Of a stretch of DNA of 64,000 nt, positions 37,897-46,836 are shown in pieces. The notes below the pieces were generated by a model, which saw only the letters and a program-made list of their open reading frames with translations, did no database searches and was not told the origin of the DNA. Within the stretch, counting starts at the first letter, position 1. The number at the start of each line of letters is the position of its first letter. Position numbers and translations under genes: made by a program. The stretch covers positions 2,464,001 to 2,528,000 of the forward strand of contig OZ218778.1 in the NCBI GenBank assembly GCA_965112635.1. Reading direction: 5' to 3'. Source of the DNA: an uncultured bacterium (lineage in GTDB: Bacteria; Oederibacteriota; Oederibacteriia; Oederibacteriales; Oederibacteriaceae).

Positions 37897-38823
37897 TCAA
37901 AGCACTGACCTTACTTTGGGCAGTATATTCCGGTCCACATCTTGGTCATTCCTGGGCATGGCCACGCCCCTGAACAAATGCCACTGCTCCGTATGTTCCA
38001 CAAAGTTGCCCGGCTCCAGCTTGACCAAAGGTCCCAGGCTTTCCACTTCCAGCATTACATTGCTGGTATAGACCTCGGCATTACAATCAAAATCCGGGTA
38101 AAGCCGGTTTTCTTCATAGCCAAAGGTCTTGATGAACAGGTTCCCGTGGTTGCAGTAGGCCAGCCAGCCGTCCTTGTCCAGCACGCCCAGCATCTGGGGA
38201 TTTTCCTTGGTTACATCCTGCCGGAGCATGATATAGCGCGTGCCCCAGGTCCAGCGCGAGTCCTGGAGGTCTGTATAGGACCAGACCGAGATGACGCTCT
38301 TGGGCAGCAGGTTAGCCGGGTCTGTGTGGGAACCTCTCGGAGGCAAGGGGATGACAGCCTTGCCGCCTGCCGCCATGACCGACAGCGCCCAGGGAGCCAG
38401 CTCCACGGGCCAGGAACCGAGGTTGCGGAGCCGATGGACCAGCCTGACACGGCTGCTCGTTCCCGGGGCCAGGTCTATATCTATTTCTTTTTGGATGCCG
38501 GTCGGTTTTTCCACGGGCTGGATAAATCTCGTGAATTGCTTGTGGTGTTCCACCTTGACCGGCCCGTTGTCAGGCACATAGGTACGGGGCATGTTTTCCG
38601 GAGAATGCCACAGGCGGTGCCCGCCGTAATTGATCCATTCCTTGCCGCCTTTTTTCCCGAGATGCTTCTCGTTTTCTCTGAATTCGTTCGTCCCGCCTTT
38701 AAACCCGTAACGGATGACCCGGGGGCCCACATCGCTGGTCACCACCAGTTCAACAGCCTTGTTGGACAGGCCATAACAGTTCTTCCAGCCCTTATAAGTT
38801 ATTTTTTTCGCTTTGTTTTCCAT
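37897..38823 (-). CDS. Conserved hypothetical protein (galactose-mutarotase-like/DUF4380-like)
   Basis: LVVTSDVGPRVI, YGGHRLWHSPE and LEVESLGPLVKLEPG...HTEQW. Start ATG 38823. Confidence 0.7.
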   Translation of the reverse strand: MENKAKKITYKGWKNCYGLSNKAVELVVTSDVGPRVIRYGFKGGTNEFRENEKHLGKKGGKEWINYGGHRLWHSPENMPRTYVPDNGPVKVEHHKQFTRFIQPVEKPTGIQKEIDIDLAPGTSSRVRLVHRLRNLGSWPVELAPWALSVMAAGGKAVIPLPPRGSHTDPANLLPKSVISVWSYTDLQDSRWTWGTRYIMLRQDVTKENPQMLGVLDKDGWLAYCNHGNLFIKTFGYEENRLYPDFDCNAEVYTSNVMLEVESLGPLVKLEPGNFVEHTEQWHLFRGVAMPRNDQDVDRNILPKVRSVL

Positions 38824-38848
38824 GCCTACCCGTCTCCACCCTAGCTTC

Positions 38849-38889
38849 AAAACAAAAACCCCTCTCAGATGATTCATCCAAGAGGGGTT
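38849..38889 (-). terminator. Rho-independent terminator
   Basis: On the minus strand AACCCCTCT...AGAGGGGTT followed by a T-rich tract, just after the 38906 stop. Confidence 0.65.
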
Positions 38890-38905
38890 ATATTTGAAAC
38901 TTAAT

Positions 38906-39724
38906 TTAGAACTTGTGCATGCAGGCCAGACTTACGCCCCATACAAACCCCCCGAAATCCGTGCTACCCCCTGATGTCAAAGGGGCATACTGGGGATTGT
39001 CGTCACCGGGATTAGGGGTGGAAGAATTGATCTTGGTAAATTGGCTGGCGGTGGAGGTGAACGAAAGCGGCACTTGCAGGCTGAGCGTATCATTGGCACC
39101 CAGGGAAATGCCGTAACCAGGGGTCACCACGGTGTCAAAAACGGTGAAAACCGAATAATTATCCGCGGTAACGACCTCGCTCAGGGTTGCGTTGGACTTG
39201 CTTGGGTAAACATCCAGTACTTCTTCCGACTGTATTAATAGAAGCAAGGGTCCCACGCCAACTCCCAGGGAAAAAGAACCGGGGCCGACATTGCTCACCC
39301 ATTCGGCCTTGGCCAGGATAGGCATGGTTGTGAGCTTGACCGAGGCAGTGCTTCCGGTACCGACCCAACCAGCCCCTGCGACATTGAAGCCCGGCATATT
39401 CCCCGGAAGGGGGTTGATCCCATATTTTGTCAGATCAAAAGAATAGGAGCTGAGGGGGGTGTCAATGCCGATTTCAATACCGCCGTACAGGGAATCCGCC
39501 AGTTTGGCCAACAGGTCGGCCTCAAAGGTCAACTGGCTGGTGGATATGTTTTCCGACTGGTTCTTGGTGACACCCGTCGTAAGGTTGGTCTGGGGGTAAT
39601 GATAGACCCCGGTAAAGGTCCCATAGCCCAGATTGATCGTCCCAAGGCCGGTGTCGGCCCAGGAACTTACGGCCAAACTTAAAACCATACTGAACACGGC
39701 TAGAACACAAAGTCCTCTATTCAC
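38906..39724 (-). CDS. Putative outer-membrane beta-barrel protein
   Basis: Signal peptide, alternating beta strands (TTMPILAKAEW, SLGVGVG) and a C-terminal Phe. Confidence 0.6.
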   Translation of the reverse strand: MNRGLCVLAVFSMVLSLAVSSWADTGLGTINLGYGTFTGVYHYPQTNLTTGVTKNQSENISTSQLTFEADLLAKLADSLYGGIEIGIDTPLSSYSFDLTKYGINPLPGNMPGFNVAGAGWVGTGSTASVKLTTMPILAKAEWVSNVGPGSFSLGVGVGPLLLLIQSEEVLDVYPSKSNATLSEVVTADNYSVFTVFDTVVTPGYGISLGANDTLSLQVPLSFTSTASQFTKINSSTPNPGDDNPQYAPLTSGGSTDFGGFVWGVSLACMHKF

Positions 39725-39856
39725 AAAAAACCTCCCTTCTTAATTCTATTTTTTGACTGATAGGCACAATACTAGTCTTTGGATGGTTGACTGTCAAGAA
39801 ACACGCTGGGAAAGAAGGGTCTTGAGCCACTGGTAATAAACCGTTATATTTTAGGC

Positions 39857-40585
39857 ATGGAAAAAACGAAAAACTTGAAAATTCCCCTGGCGCGCGCCTT
39901 GTCTAAGCTGGGCTTTTGTTCTCGTTCGCAAGCCGTTAAACTCATCCTGACTGGCAAGGTTAGCGTCAACGGAAAACCAGCCCAAGACCCAGGACTCCGG
40001 ATCAGCCCCAGCCATGACCTCATCAAAGTAGATGGCCAGGCCCTCAAACCCAGCCCCAAGCTTTACCTAATGCTCAACAAACCCCGGGGTTATGTGACCA
40101 CCGCTTCGGATGAAAAAGGCCGCAAAACCGTTTACGACCTATTGCCTCCGGCTGTCGGCTCCTGGCTTTCACCGGTTGGCCGCCTGGATATGGCCAGCGA
40201 AGGGCTTTTGCTTTTTACCAACGACACCAAGTGGGCCACCGGCCTCACCGACCCGGCCAGCCATCTGGACAAGACCTATCATGTCCAGGTCAAGACTATC
40301 CCGCAAACGGAAACTCTGGAAAAAATGGTTAAAGGCATTCTTCTGGACGGTTCCCTTTGGAAAGTCAAAAGAGTCTCTATCCTCAGAAAAGGCGAGATCA
40401 ACTGCTGGCTGGAGATCGTGTTGGACGAGGGAAAGAACCGGCAGATACGGCGCATCCTGGAAGCTCTGGCTCTCCCCATCCTGCGCCTAGTCCGTGTCTC
40501 TATCGGCCCCCTCACGCTCGGCAGTTTGGCCAAGGGTAGAACACGGGAATTAACTAAAGAAGAAGTTCAGCAACTCTGGCCGTAA
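39857..40585 (+). CDS. rRNA pseudouridine synthase (RsuA/RluB family)
   Basis: S4 domain, [25 protein letters not shown] and EGKNRQIRR. Confidence 0.95.
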   Translation: MEKTKNLKIPLARALSKLGFCSRSQAVKLILTGKVSVNGKPAQDPGLRISPSHDLIKVDGQALKPSPKLYLMLNKPRGYVTTASDEKGRKTVYDLLPPAVGSWLSPVGRLDMASEGLLLFTNDTKWATGLTDPASHLDKTYHVQVKTIPQTETLEKMVKGILLDGSLWKVKRVSILRKGEINCWLEIVLDEGKNRQIRRILEALALPILRLVRVSIGPLTLGSLAKGRTRELTKEEVQQLWP

Positions 40586-40620
40586 AACCTTCCCCCCTGG
40601 ACCAACCGGACACAAAAAAT

Positions 40621-41625
40621 TTACTGAGGTAAAGTGGCTGGAGCGGGCGTTACCCCGTTGGCAGGGATGACAGGCGCTTGCCCTAATTCATCAATGATCT
40701 TTTTGACGGCATCCAAATATGCGGCCTCATTGGAGGGATATTGGATGTCTTCTTTTTTTATCTCGAACTGGCCGGGATCTGCTGTCTTGACAGGTACGTT
40801 GGTCGCGTCATCCCACTTGAATTTGACCTGGTCCCGCCAGACGATGAGGCAATTTTTGATCCCATCGGTGTCCTCGCAAAGCCATAACCAGTAGAGCAGG
40901 CCCGGTCGATTGATCTCATAGGTGGCGAATTCCCCGCCGCCGAAAATTAGCCCTTTTAATCCCAAAACAACGTACTTTCCGGCAAAGTCGGTTTTCTTGG
41001 GGTTATCCTCCTCCATGGAAAGGCGCGGCCTCGCGCCCCATGCCTCCTGCCCGACCACTCCATTCAAGAACGGCTTGAGGTCTTCCTCGAATCCCTGATA
41101 AGCATAGGGCGATCTCCTGCCGAACTGGACAAAAAGTTCCTGGAGCCTTTCGGCCGCCATCATGGCTTCGGCCTCAGGGTGGTCCTGGACAAAATCAACG
41201 ATATTGACCTTTGTCGGGTCATCCGTGATGCCGCAATCAGGGCCGTACTTGATCAAAATATCCTTGTCGATGCCCAGTTCCCAGCCGTTCTCGGTCTTAT
41301 GATGTGACAAAAGAAGATGCTTCTGGGGCCACTGCATGGCCCACAGGTCCGCCAGCTCGACCAGCGGCGCCTTGCCCTGGGCATAAAGTTTTTTCAAACC
41401 TTCCTGGCAGGCATCCAGCTCATCCTGCTTGTCGGCGACCTTATATTCCCCGTAGTCCAAATTTATGAATTTCTTGATCATGACCGCGAACATGGAGTGC
41501 TGCTTGTCCAGTTTGTCCAGAACTTCCTGGGGAACAGAATCCTGCGCCCTGGCCACCCCAAAACCGCTGAAAAAAATGACCGCGGCAAGGACCGCCATAA
41601 AGCTCCACTTGCCTATTCTTCCCAT
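40621..41625 (-). CDS. Secreted hypothetical protein, paralog 1
   Basis: Signal peptide. Homologous along its length to 41705..42718. Confidence 0.8.
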   Translation of the reverse strand: MGRIGKWSFMAVLAAVIFFSGFGVARAQDSVPQEVLDKLDKQHSMFAVMIKKFINLDYGEYKVADKQDELDACQEGLKKLYAQGKAPLVELADLWAMQWPQKHLLLSHHKTENGWELGIDKDILIKYGPDCGITDDPTKVNIVDFVQDHPEAEAMMAAERLQELFVQFGRRSPYAYQGFEEDLKPFLNGVVGQEAWGARPRLSMEEDNPKKTDFAGKYVVLGLKGLIFGGGEFATYEINRPGLLYWLWLCEDTDGIKNCLIVWRDQVKFKWDDATNVPVKTADPGQFEIKKEDIQYPSNEAAYLDAVKKIIDELGQAPVIPANGVTPAPATLPQ

Positions 41626-41704
41626 AAAGATACCTCCTCATTCAGAATACAATGCCTTTTTTTGGACCAAGCCGCTGACCCTACTATGGCAAATTATAGA
41701 ACTT

Positions 41705-42718
41705 TCACTGTGAAATGACAGGGGTAGCTGCGGCCTGGCTCGCGGGCGCTTGCCCTGATCCATCGATGATCCCTTTGACGACCTCCAGGAATTCCCCTTC
41801 GCTCATCGGATATTTTATGTCCTCTTTTTTGATCTCGTACTGGCCGGGCTCCTGGGTCGAAACAGGTATTTTTTTATCGTTATTCCACACCCACTTGGCC
41901 TGATTGCGCCAAACCGCAAGGGCGTCCTTTATTCCTTCCTTGTCATCGCTGACCCACAGCCAATACAGTATCCCGGGCTGGACGATCTCGTATTCCTGCG
42001 ACCTGTTCCCCTTACCCATCCCCATTCTAGCGGCAGTCCCGAACAGTTGGTCTGGGCGGCCCAGCAACAGCTGCTTGGCGTAGAAACCAGTAAAATTCGT
42101 TTTACGGGTCTCTTTATTGGTCACGGCTACATCATCCCAGGCTCCCTGTGCGGTTTCCCCGTTTAAAAAAGGTCTTAATTTAAACTTGTATCCCTGCAAC
42201 GCGTAAGGCGACCGCTTCCCGAATGTCGAGTAAAGGTCCTGCAATTTTTCCGCGGCCAGCATGGCTTCGCTCTCCGGGTGGTCCTGCAGATAATTTCCCA
42301 TTTCCACTGACGACCAATCGGCTTTGAAGCCGCAGTCGGACCCGTACTTCATCAATAATTCCTTGTCAGCTCTCGCTTCCAGGCCGTCCTCCCCTTTTTT
42401 AACATGCATAAGGATATGGGGGACGCTCCATTGCAACGCCCACAGGTCAGCCAGTTCCACCAGAGGCGCCCTGCCTTGTTCATAAAGCTTTTTCAGCCCG
42501 TCATGGCACGCATCCAGTTCCGCTTGTTTGTTGGCAGGCTTGTAATCACCGGTCGTTCGGCTGAGAAATCGGTTCAAGCGCACGCCGATTTCTGAGTACT
42601 GCTTTTCCAGCTTGTCCAAAGTCTCCTGGGGCACGGCCTCCTGCGCCCCGACCTGGCGGGCACTGCCCAGGAATAAGATCAATAAAATAACCTGCATAAA
42701 GCCCCAAACTTTTTTCAT
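41705..42718 (-). CDS. Secreted hypothetical protein, paralog 2
   Basis: Shares QxELDACxxGLKKLYxQGxAPLVELADLWAxQW, QDHPExEAMxAAExLQ and PGxLYWLW with its neighbour. Confidence 0.8.
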   Translation of the reverse strand: MKKVWGFMQVILLILFLGSARQVGAQEAVPQETLDKLEKQYSEIGVRLNRFLSRTTGDYKPANKQAELDACHDGLKKLYEQGRAPLVELADLWALQWSVPHILMHVKKGEDGLEARADKELLMKYGSDCGFKADWSSVEMGNYLQDHPESEAMLAAEKLQDLYSTFGKRSPYALQGYKFKLRPFLNGETAQGAWDDVAVTNKETRKTNFTGFYAKQLLLGRPDQLFGTAARMGMGKGNRSQEYEIVQPGILYWLWVSDDKEGIKDALAVWRNQAKWVWNNDKKIPVSTQEPGQYEIKKEDIKYPMSEGEFLEVVKGIIDGSGQAPASQAAATPVISQ

Positions 42719-42779
42719 TTAGTCTCCCCTCAAATTTTTAATTTAAACACTAACCACGAGGCTAAGCAACACCTTTTGC

Positions 42780-43463
42780 TCAATCATGCTGCAAAGAGCG
42801 CCATAAGGCCTCGTCAAAGAGCGCGCTGCGGTTGGGGCAGACCTCCCTGTGGCACACCTGGCAGGTGCGAAAGTCCCGTTCTGCCGGGAACCTGATGCCG
42901 GAAATTGTTTTGTTGGGGACCATCAAAAACGAATCGGTCAGCACCACCCCAATAAGCTTGGTCACGCCATCCAGCAAGCTAAAAAGTTCTTTTTGCTGTT
43001 GGATGGGCCAGACATCGGCGTCCCCCGAACCTGGCGCCATAGCCGAGGACCGGTCGATCAAATACCTCCCTTGCAGGTGTTCCACAAAGTAAGCGATGCC
43101 GGTCCGCAAAAGCGCTTCTTTGAGAGTGTCCCACCAGTACTCCCGGAGCAGATCATCGTTGGAAAACGGCTTTTTTTCCATTTCCATGCCGCAGGTGCAC
43201 ACAAAGGGAAAAACCCGGTCTATGTTGCCCGTGTTGACCCGCAGGGTCCTGCTGGTAAAAGTAATGCCCTCAATGATTATGGTCTCTTCCCCTTTGACCT
43301 CGATGAAACAGTCCTTATAGAGCACCTTGGGGGAGGCAATACCCCTGGCCTTTTCCACAAGTTCTTTAAAATCATGGCCATCAGCCGAATCAGGTTCCAC
43401 GCGGACCTTTTTCATCAGCTCGGCCAAGTTAAAAGCAAAAGGAATCTTATTGAGAATTTCCAT
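42780..43463 (-). CDS. Stand-alone B12-dependent methionine synthase activation-domain-like protein
   Basis: FPFVCTCG, MAPGS..WPIQQQKELF, IGVVLTDSFLMVPNKTISGI and CQVCHREVCPNR. Confidence 0.8.
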   Translation of the reverse strand: MEILNKIPFAFNLAELMKKVRVEPDSADGHDFKELVEKARGIASPKVLYKDCFIEVKGEETIIIEGITFTSRTLRVNTGNIDRVFPFVCTCGMEMEKKPFSNDDLLREYWWDTLKEALLRTGIAYFVEHLQGRYLIDRSSAMAPGSGDADVWPIQQQKELFSLLDGVTKLIGVVLTDSFLMVPNKTISGIRFPAERDFRTCQVCHREVCPNRSALFDEALWRSLQHD

Positions 43464-43560
43464 TGCTCCCCCTAAAATTCATCGATCTTTAATAACATTT
43501 TAACCTTAATAACTTGGTCTTTAGAAGAATAATCTTGGGAGGCAAAAATCGTAAGATTGG

Positions 43561-44661
43561 TTAGACAGCGCTGGAAGAGGCTGCCTGGGCGGCGTAGTAT
43601 TCCTGCATCAAAGTGCTTATCAGTTCCTTGACGCTGATGATCTTGGTGGCGCGATAGGCGTTCTGGCCGGCAAAAGCGAACCCGAGGTCCATTTTTCCCA
43701 ATTTAGCGTTGAGCAGGGCCAGGGCAATGCAGTAGGGGCTGTTTTTATAGTCGCAGGTAATGATGCAGTGATAGGGACACTGGAACGGTATCTTTTCTCC
43801 GCGGCTGACCGCCTGCAGAAATTTATTTGTGATGGCCCGGCCCGGCATACCCACCGGGCTTTTGATGATAACAATATCCTCGAGCTTGGCGTCGAGGTAC
43901 ATTTGTTTGAACTCATCCGAGGCATCGCACTCAAAAGTGGTGACAAAACGGGTGCCCATCTGCACCCCCGCGGCGCCCAGTTTGATAAATTTAAGGATAT
44001 CGGCGCCGGTGTAGATGCCTCCCCCGCAAATGACCGGGATCTGCTTTTGGCAGTCCTGCTCTATGCTTTTGACCGCTTGCAGGACCTCCGGGACGATCTT
44101 TTCCAGCTGATAGGCCGGGTCATTGATCTGTTCCACGCTGAACCCCAGGTGGCCTCCGGCCAAAGGCCCTTCCACGACCACGGCATCCGGAACATAGTTA
44201 TAACTCGACTTCCATTTTTTAGCGATTATCCGGATGGCCCTGGCCGAGGAAACAATGGGGACCAGCTTGGTTTTGCACCCTGGCTTTAAATAACCGGGGA
44301 GTTTTAAGGGCAGCCCGGCTCCGGAAAAAATAATATCCGCCCCTGCTTCCATGGCCGTGGAGGCCAGGTCGCCGAAATTGGTCATTGCGACCAGGATATT
44401 GACCCCGATGATCCCCTTGGTCAAAGTACGGGCTTTTTTGATCTCCCTGACCAGGACCCGTGCGTTCGCTCCCGGGTAATCCCTATATCCGTCAGGCTCA
44501 AACAAACCAAGCCCTGCCGTGGACATCACACCGATACCGCCTTCATTGGCCACGGCTGAAGCCAGTCCGGACGAAGAAACACCGACACCCATCCCCCCCT
44601 GTATAATAGGAATAGGTGCGGTTAAATCCCCTATCTTTAATGGTTTAATTTTTTGCGCCAA
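43561..44661 (-). CDS. Nitronate monooxygenase/FabK-like flavoprotein
   Basis: PIIQGGMGVGVS, SGAGLP, VVEGPLAGGHLG and GVQMGTRF. Likely TTG start at 44661 after AGGAGA. Confidence 0.9.
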   Translation of the reverse strand: MAQKIKPLKIGDLTAPIPIIQGGMGVGVSSSGLASAVANEGGIGVMSTAGLGLFEPDGYRDYPGANARVLVREIKKARTLTKGIIGVNILVAMTNFGDLASTAMEAGADIIFSGAGLPLKLPGYLKPGCKTKLVPIVSSARAIRIIAKKWKSSYNYVPDAVVVEGPLAGGHLGFSVEQINDPAYQLEKIVPEVLQAVKSIEQDCQKQIPVICGGGIYTGADILKFIKLGAAGVQMGTRFVTTFECDASDEFKQMYLDAKLEDIVIIKSPVGMPGRAITNKFLQAVSRGEKIPFQCPYHCIITCDYKNSPYCIALALLNAKLGKMDLGFAFAGQNAYRATKIISVKELISTLMQEYYAAQAASSSAV

Positions 44662-44752
44662 ACGAGTCTCCTGCAAGCTGTTTTCGCCTCCTATTATACA
44701 ATACAATAAATAGATTTCACTTATAGATTAACCATAATATTCACCAAAAGTC

Positions 44753-44782
44753 TTGACAGGTAAGAACCCGTCCTCCTACAAT
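44753..44782 (+). promoter_or_regulatory. Sigma70 promoter
   Basis: TTGACA-18 bp-TACAAT. Confidence 0.6.
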
Positions 44783-44815
44783 TCTCACAGTTTCTACCAA
44801 AAGGGGGAGCGAGCC

Positions 44816-45736
44816 ATGTTCAAGGAACTTGTGACCATGTGGAAAAATACCCGGATGGTGGTGTTGACCGCCATTTGCGCCGCCCTTTATGCCGCTATCC
44901 TGATCCCTTTTAACCTGTTCCTGGTCATCCCCGGAGTAGCCCACGTCCGGCCCGCTAACGCCATCCCCATCGTCGTCTCCCTCCTGTTCGGCCCGGCCGG
45001 CGCCTGGGGCTCGGCCTTCGGCAACTTGATCGGGGATTTTTTCGGTTCTTTGAGCCTGGCCAGTTTTTTTGGGTTTGCGGGCAATCTTTTTTATGGAATG
45101 ATCCCTTATAAAATGTGGCGCTTTTTATGCCGGGAATATCCCACTCTTAGATCGGTCAAACAGGCTGTTGTTTATTTCTTCTGCCTTATCGTCGCCAGTG
45201 TGGCCTGCGCTGATATCATCGGCTGGGGCATGGATTGTCTCAAATTCTCCCCCTTCATCATCAAGGCCAACGCCATTGTGATCAACAACGGAGCCATCTC
45301 CCTGGTCTTGGGCACCATCTTGCTGCTGGTCATCCACCCACGCATTAAAAGCTGGGGGCTCTATTATGAGGAGATCATGGGACATGTGTACCGCCCTCAC
45401 CTCATTGTGGGATGGCTGGGGATCGTTCTGGTCACTATGGGCAGCTTGGGTGGGCTTTGGGTGGGTAATTCAATCTCCTTTAAGGATTTTAAATCCGGCG
45501 GATCAGGGTTCACCAGTTTAACCAATATTTCTGGCTCAACAGCTCAGGCAACGCCCACGGCTCCAGCATCCCGTCCCGCGCCCTCCAAGCATTTGGGTAA
45601 AACCGCTTCGCTCTCTGCTCCTGGAGCAACGACCATTAACGCCACCCCTGTGGTTAGGCCCAAAGGTTCTAAAACATTGGACATAGCCCTCATTCCTTTT
45701 ATCCTAATGATCATAACTGGCGCGCTTTTGCTTTAA
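44816..45736 (+). CDS. ECF transporter S component, QueT family (copy 1)
   Basis: MWKNTRMVVLTAICAALYAA, RPANAIPIVVSLLFGPAGAWG and GNLIGDFFG. Confidence 0.8.
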   Translation: MFKELVTMWKNTRMVVLTAICAALYAAILIPFNLFLVIPGVAHVRPANAIPIVVSLLFGPAGAWGSAFGNLIGDFFGSLSLASFFGFAGNLFYGMIPYKMWRFLCREYPTLRSVKQAVVYFFCLIVASVACADIIGWGMDCLKFSPFIIKANAIVINNGAISLVLGTILLLVIHPRIKSWGLYYEEIMGHVYRPHLIVGWLGIVLVTMGSLGGLWVGNSISFKDFKSGGSGFTSLTNISGSTAQATPTAPASRPAPSKHLGKTASLSAPGATTINATPVVRPKGSKTLDIALIPFILMIITGALLL

Positions 45737-45759
45737 GGCCCAATTCTAGCGCCGCGATG

Positions 45760-45919
45760 TTGACACTCCCTGTTAACCTCACTACAATAAACAAGTTGCT
45801 ATCATATTTAAAAATGATCCTTTAGCAGCTTGTTACACGAGCTCAAGCTCGCATACTTGAGCACGCCGCAACTCCGGAGGGAGATGCGGTGTTTTAATAT
45901 CAATAGGATGGGAGATTTC
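45760..45919 (+). promoter_or_regulatory. Promoter and structured ~125-nt leader
   Basis: TTGACA-17-TACAAT followed by three consecutive stem-loops, the last followed by TTT. Confidence 0.55.
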
Positions 45920-46825
45920 ATGCTCAGAGACCTGTTCGGCATGTGGAAAAACACCCGCATGGTGGTATTGACCGCTATTTGCGCCGCCCTTTATGCGGCT
46001 GTGCTCATACCCTTTAAGCTTTTTCCGATCGTCCCCGGTTTCACGGAAATACGGCCGGCCAACGCCATCCCCATCGTCGTCTCCCTCCTGTTCGGCCCGG
46101 CCGGCGCCTGGGGCACGGCCATCGGCAACCTCATCGGCGATTTTTTCGGCACCCTGAGCCTGGCCAGTTTTTTCGGTTTTGTGGGCAACCTGCTCTACGG
46201 CCTGGTTCCCTACAAGCTCTGGCAGGTCCTTTGCTCCGACTATCCTGACCTCAAAACAGCCAAGCATGTGGTGGTCTTCGTACTGGCTGCCCTTTGTTCC
46301 AGCGCGGCCTGCGGCACTTTCATCGGCTGGGGCATCGACTGGCTCAATTTCGCGCCCTTTGCTTTTTTGGCCAACATCATTTTTTTTAACAACCTCATCA
46401 TCACCCTCATCCTCAGCCCCATTCTGCTCATGGTCCTCAGCCCCCGCATCAAAGCCTGGGGCCTCTATTATGAGGAAGTCCTTCCCCCGGCCAAGCCCCT
46501 CCCCCCGGTTAACCGCTTACTGGGTATCTTGCTGGTTGTTTTCGGCACTCTGGGAAGCATGTATCTGGGCAATTATCAAACCATCCAGTCTTTTTTGAAC
46601 AAAGGCCAGGCCGTCATGCCCGCTAAAACAGCAACAGCAGTGACACCAACCATGATGCCTCCTGCTAAAAAGTCATCTGTGTCCGCAAAAAAGGCCGCGG
46701 CCCCGGTTTCCCTTTCCCCAACAGCAACAACGCTCCCAGAACCAGGCCCCAAAGGTTCTTTGGCCCTGGATAAAGCCCTCTTCCCTTATATCCTGGCGAC
46801 CTTTTGCGGGCTCATCCTGTTGTGA
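45920..46825 (+). CDS. ECF transporter S component, QueT family (copy 2)
   Basis: Paralog of copy 1 (PGFTEIRPANAIP). ATG 45920 after GGGAG. Confidence 0.8.
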   Translation: MLRDLFGMWKNTRMVVLTAICAALYAAVLIPFKLFPIVPGFTEIRPANAIPIVVSLLFGPAGAWGTAIGNLIGDFFGTLSLASFFGFVGNLLYGLVPYKLWQVLCSDYPDLKTAKHVVVFVLAALCSSAACGTFIGWGIDWLNFAPFAFLANIIFFNNLIITLILSPILLMVLSPRIKAWGLYYEEVLPPAKPLPPVNRLLGILLVVFGTLGSMYLGNYQTIQSFLNKGQAVMPAKTATAVTPTMMPPAKKSSVSAKKAAAPVSLSPTATTLPEPGPKGSLALDKALFPYILATFCGLILL

Positions 46826-46836
46826 ACGGCTGACCC

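Noticed and set aside
44777-44815. Purine riboswitch (AGTTTCTACC motif)
   Set aside because: The motif sits in a leader of about 30 nt right after the -10 box, with no room or pairing for P1-P3.
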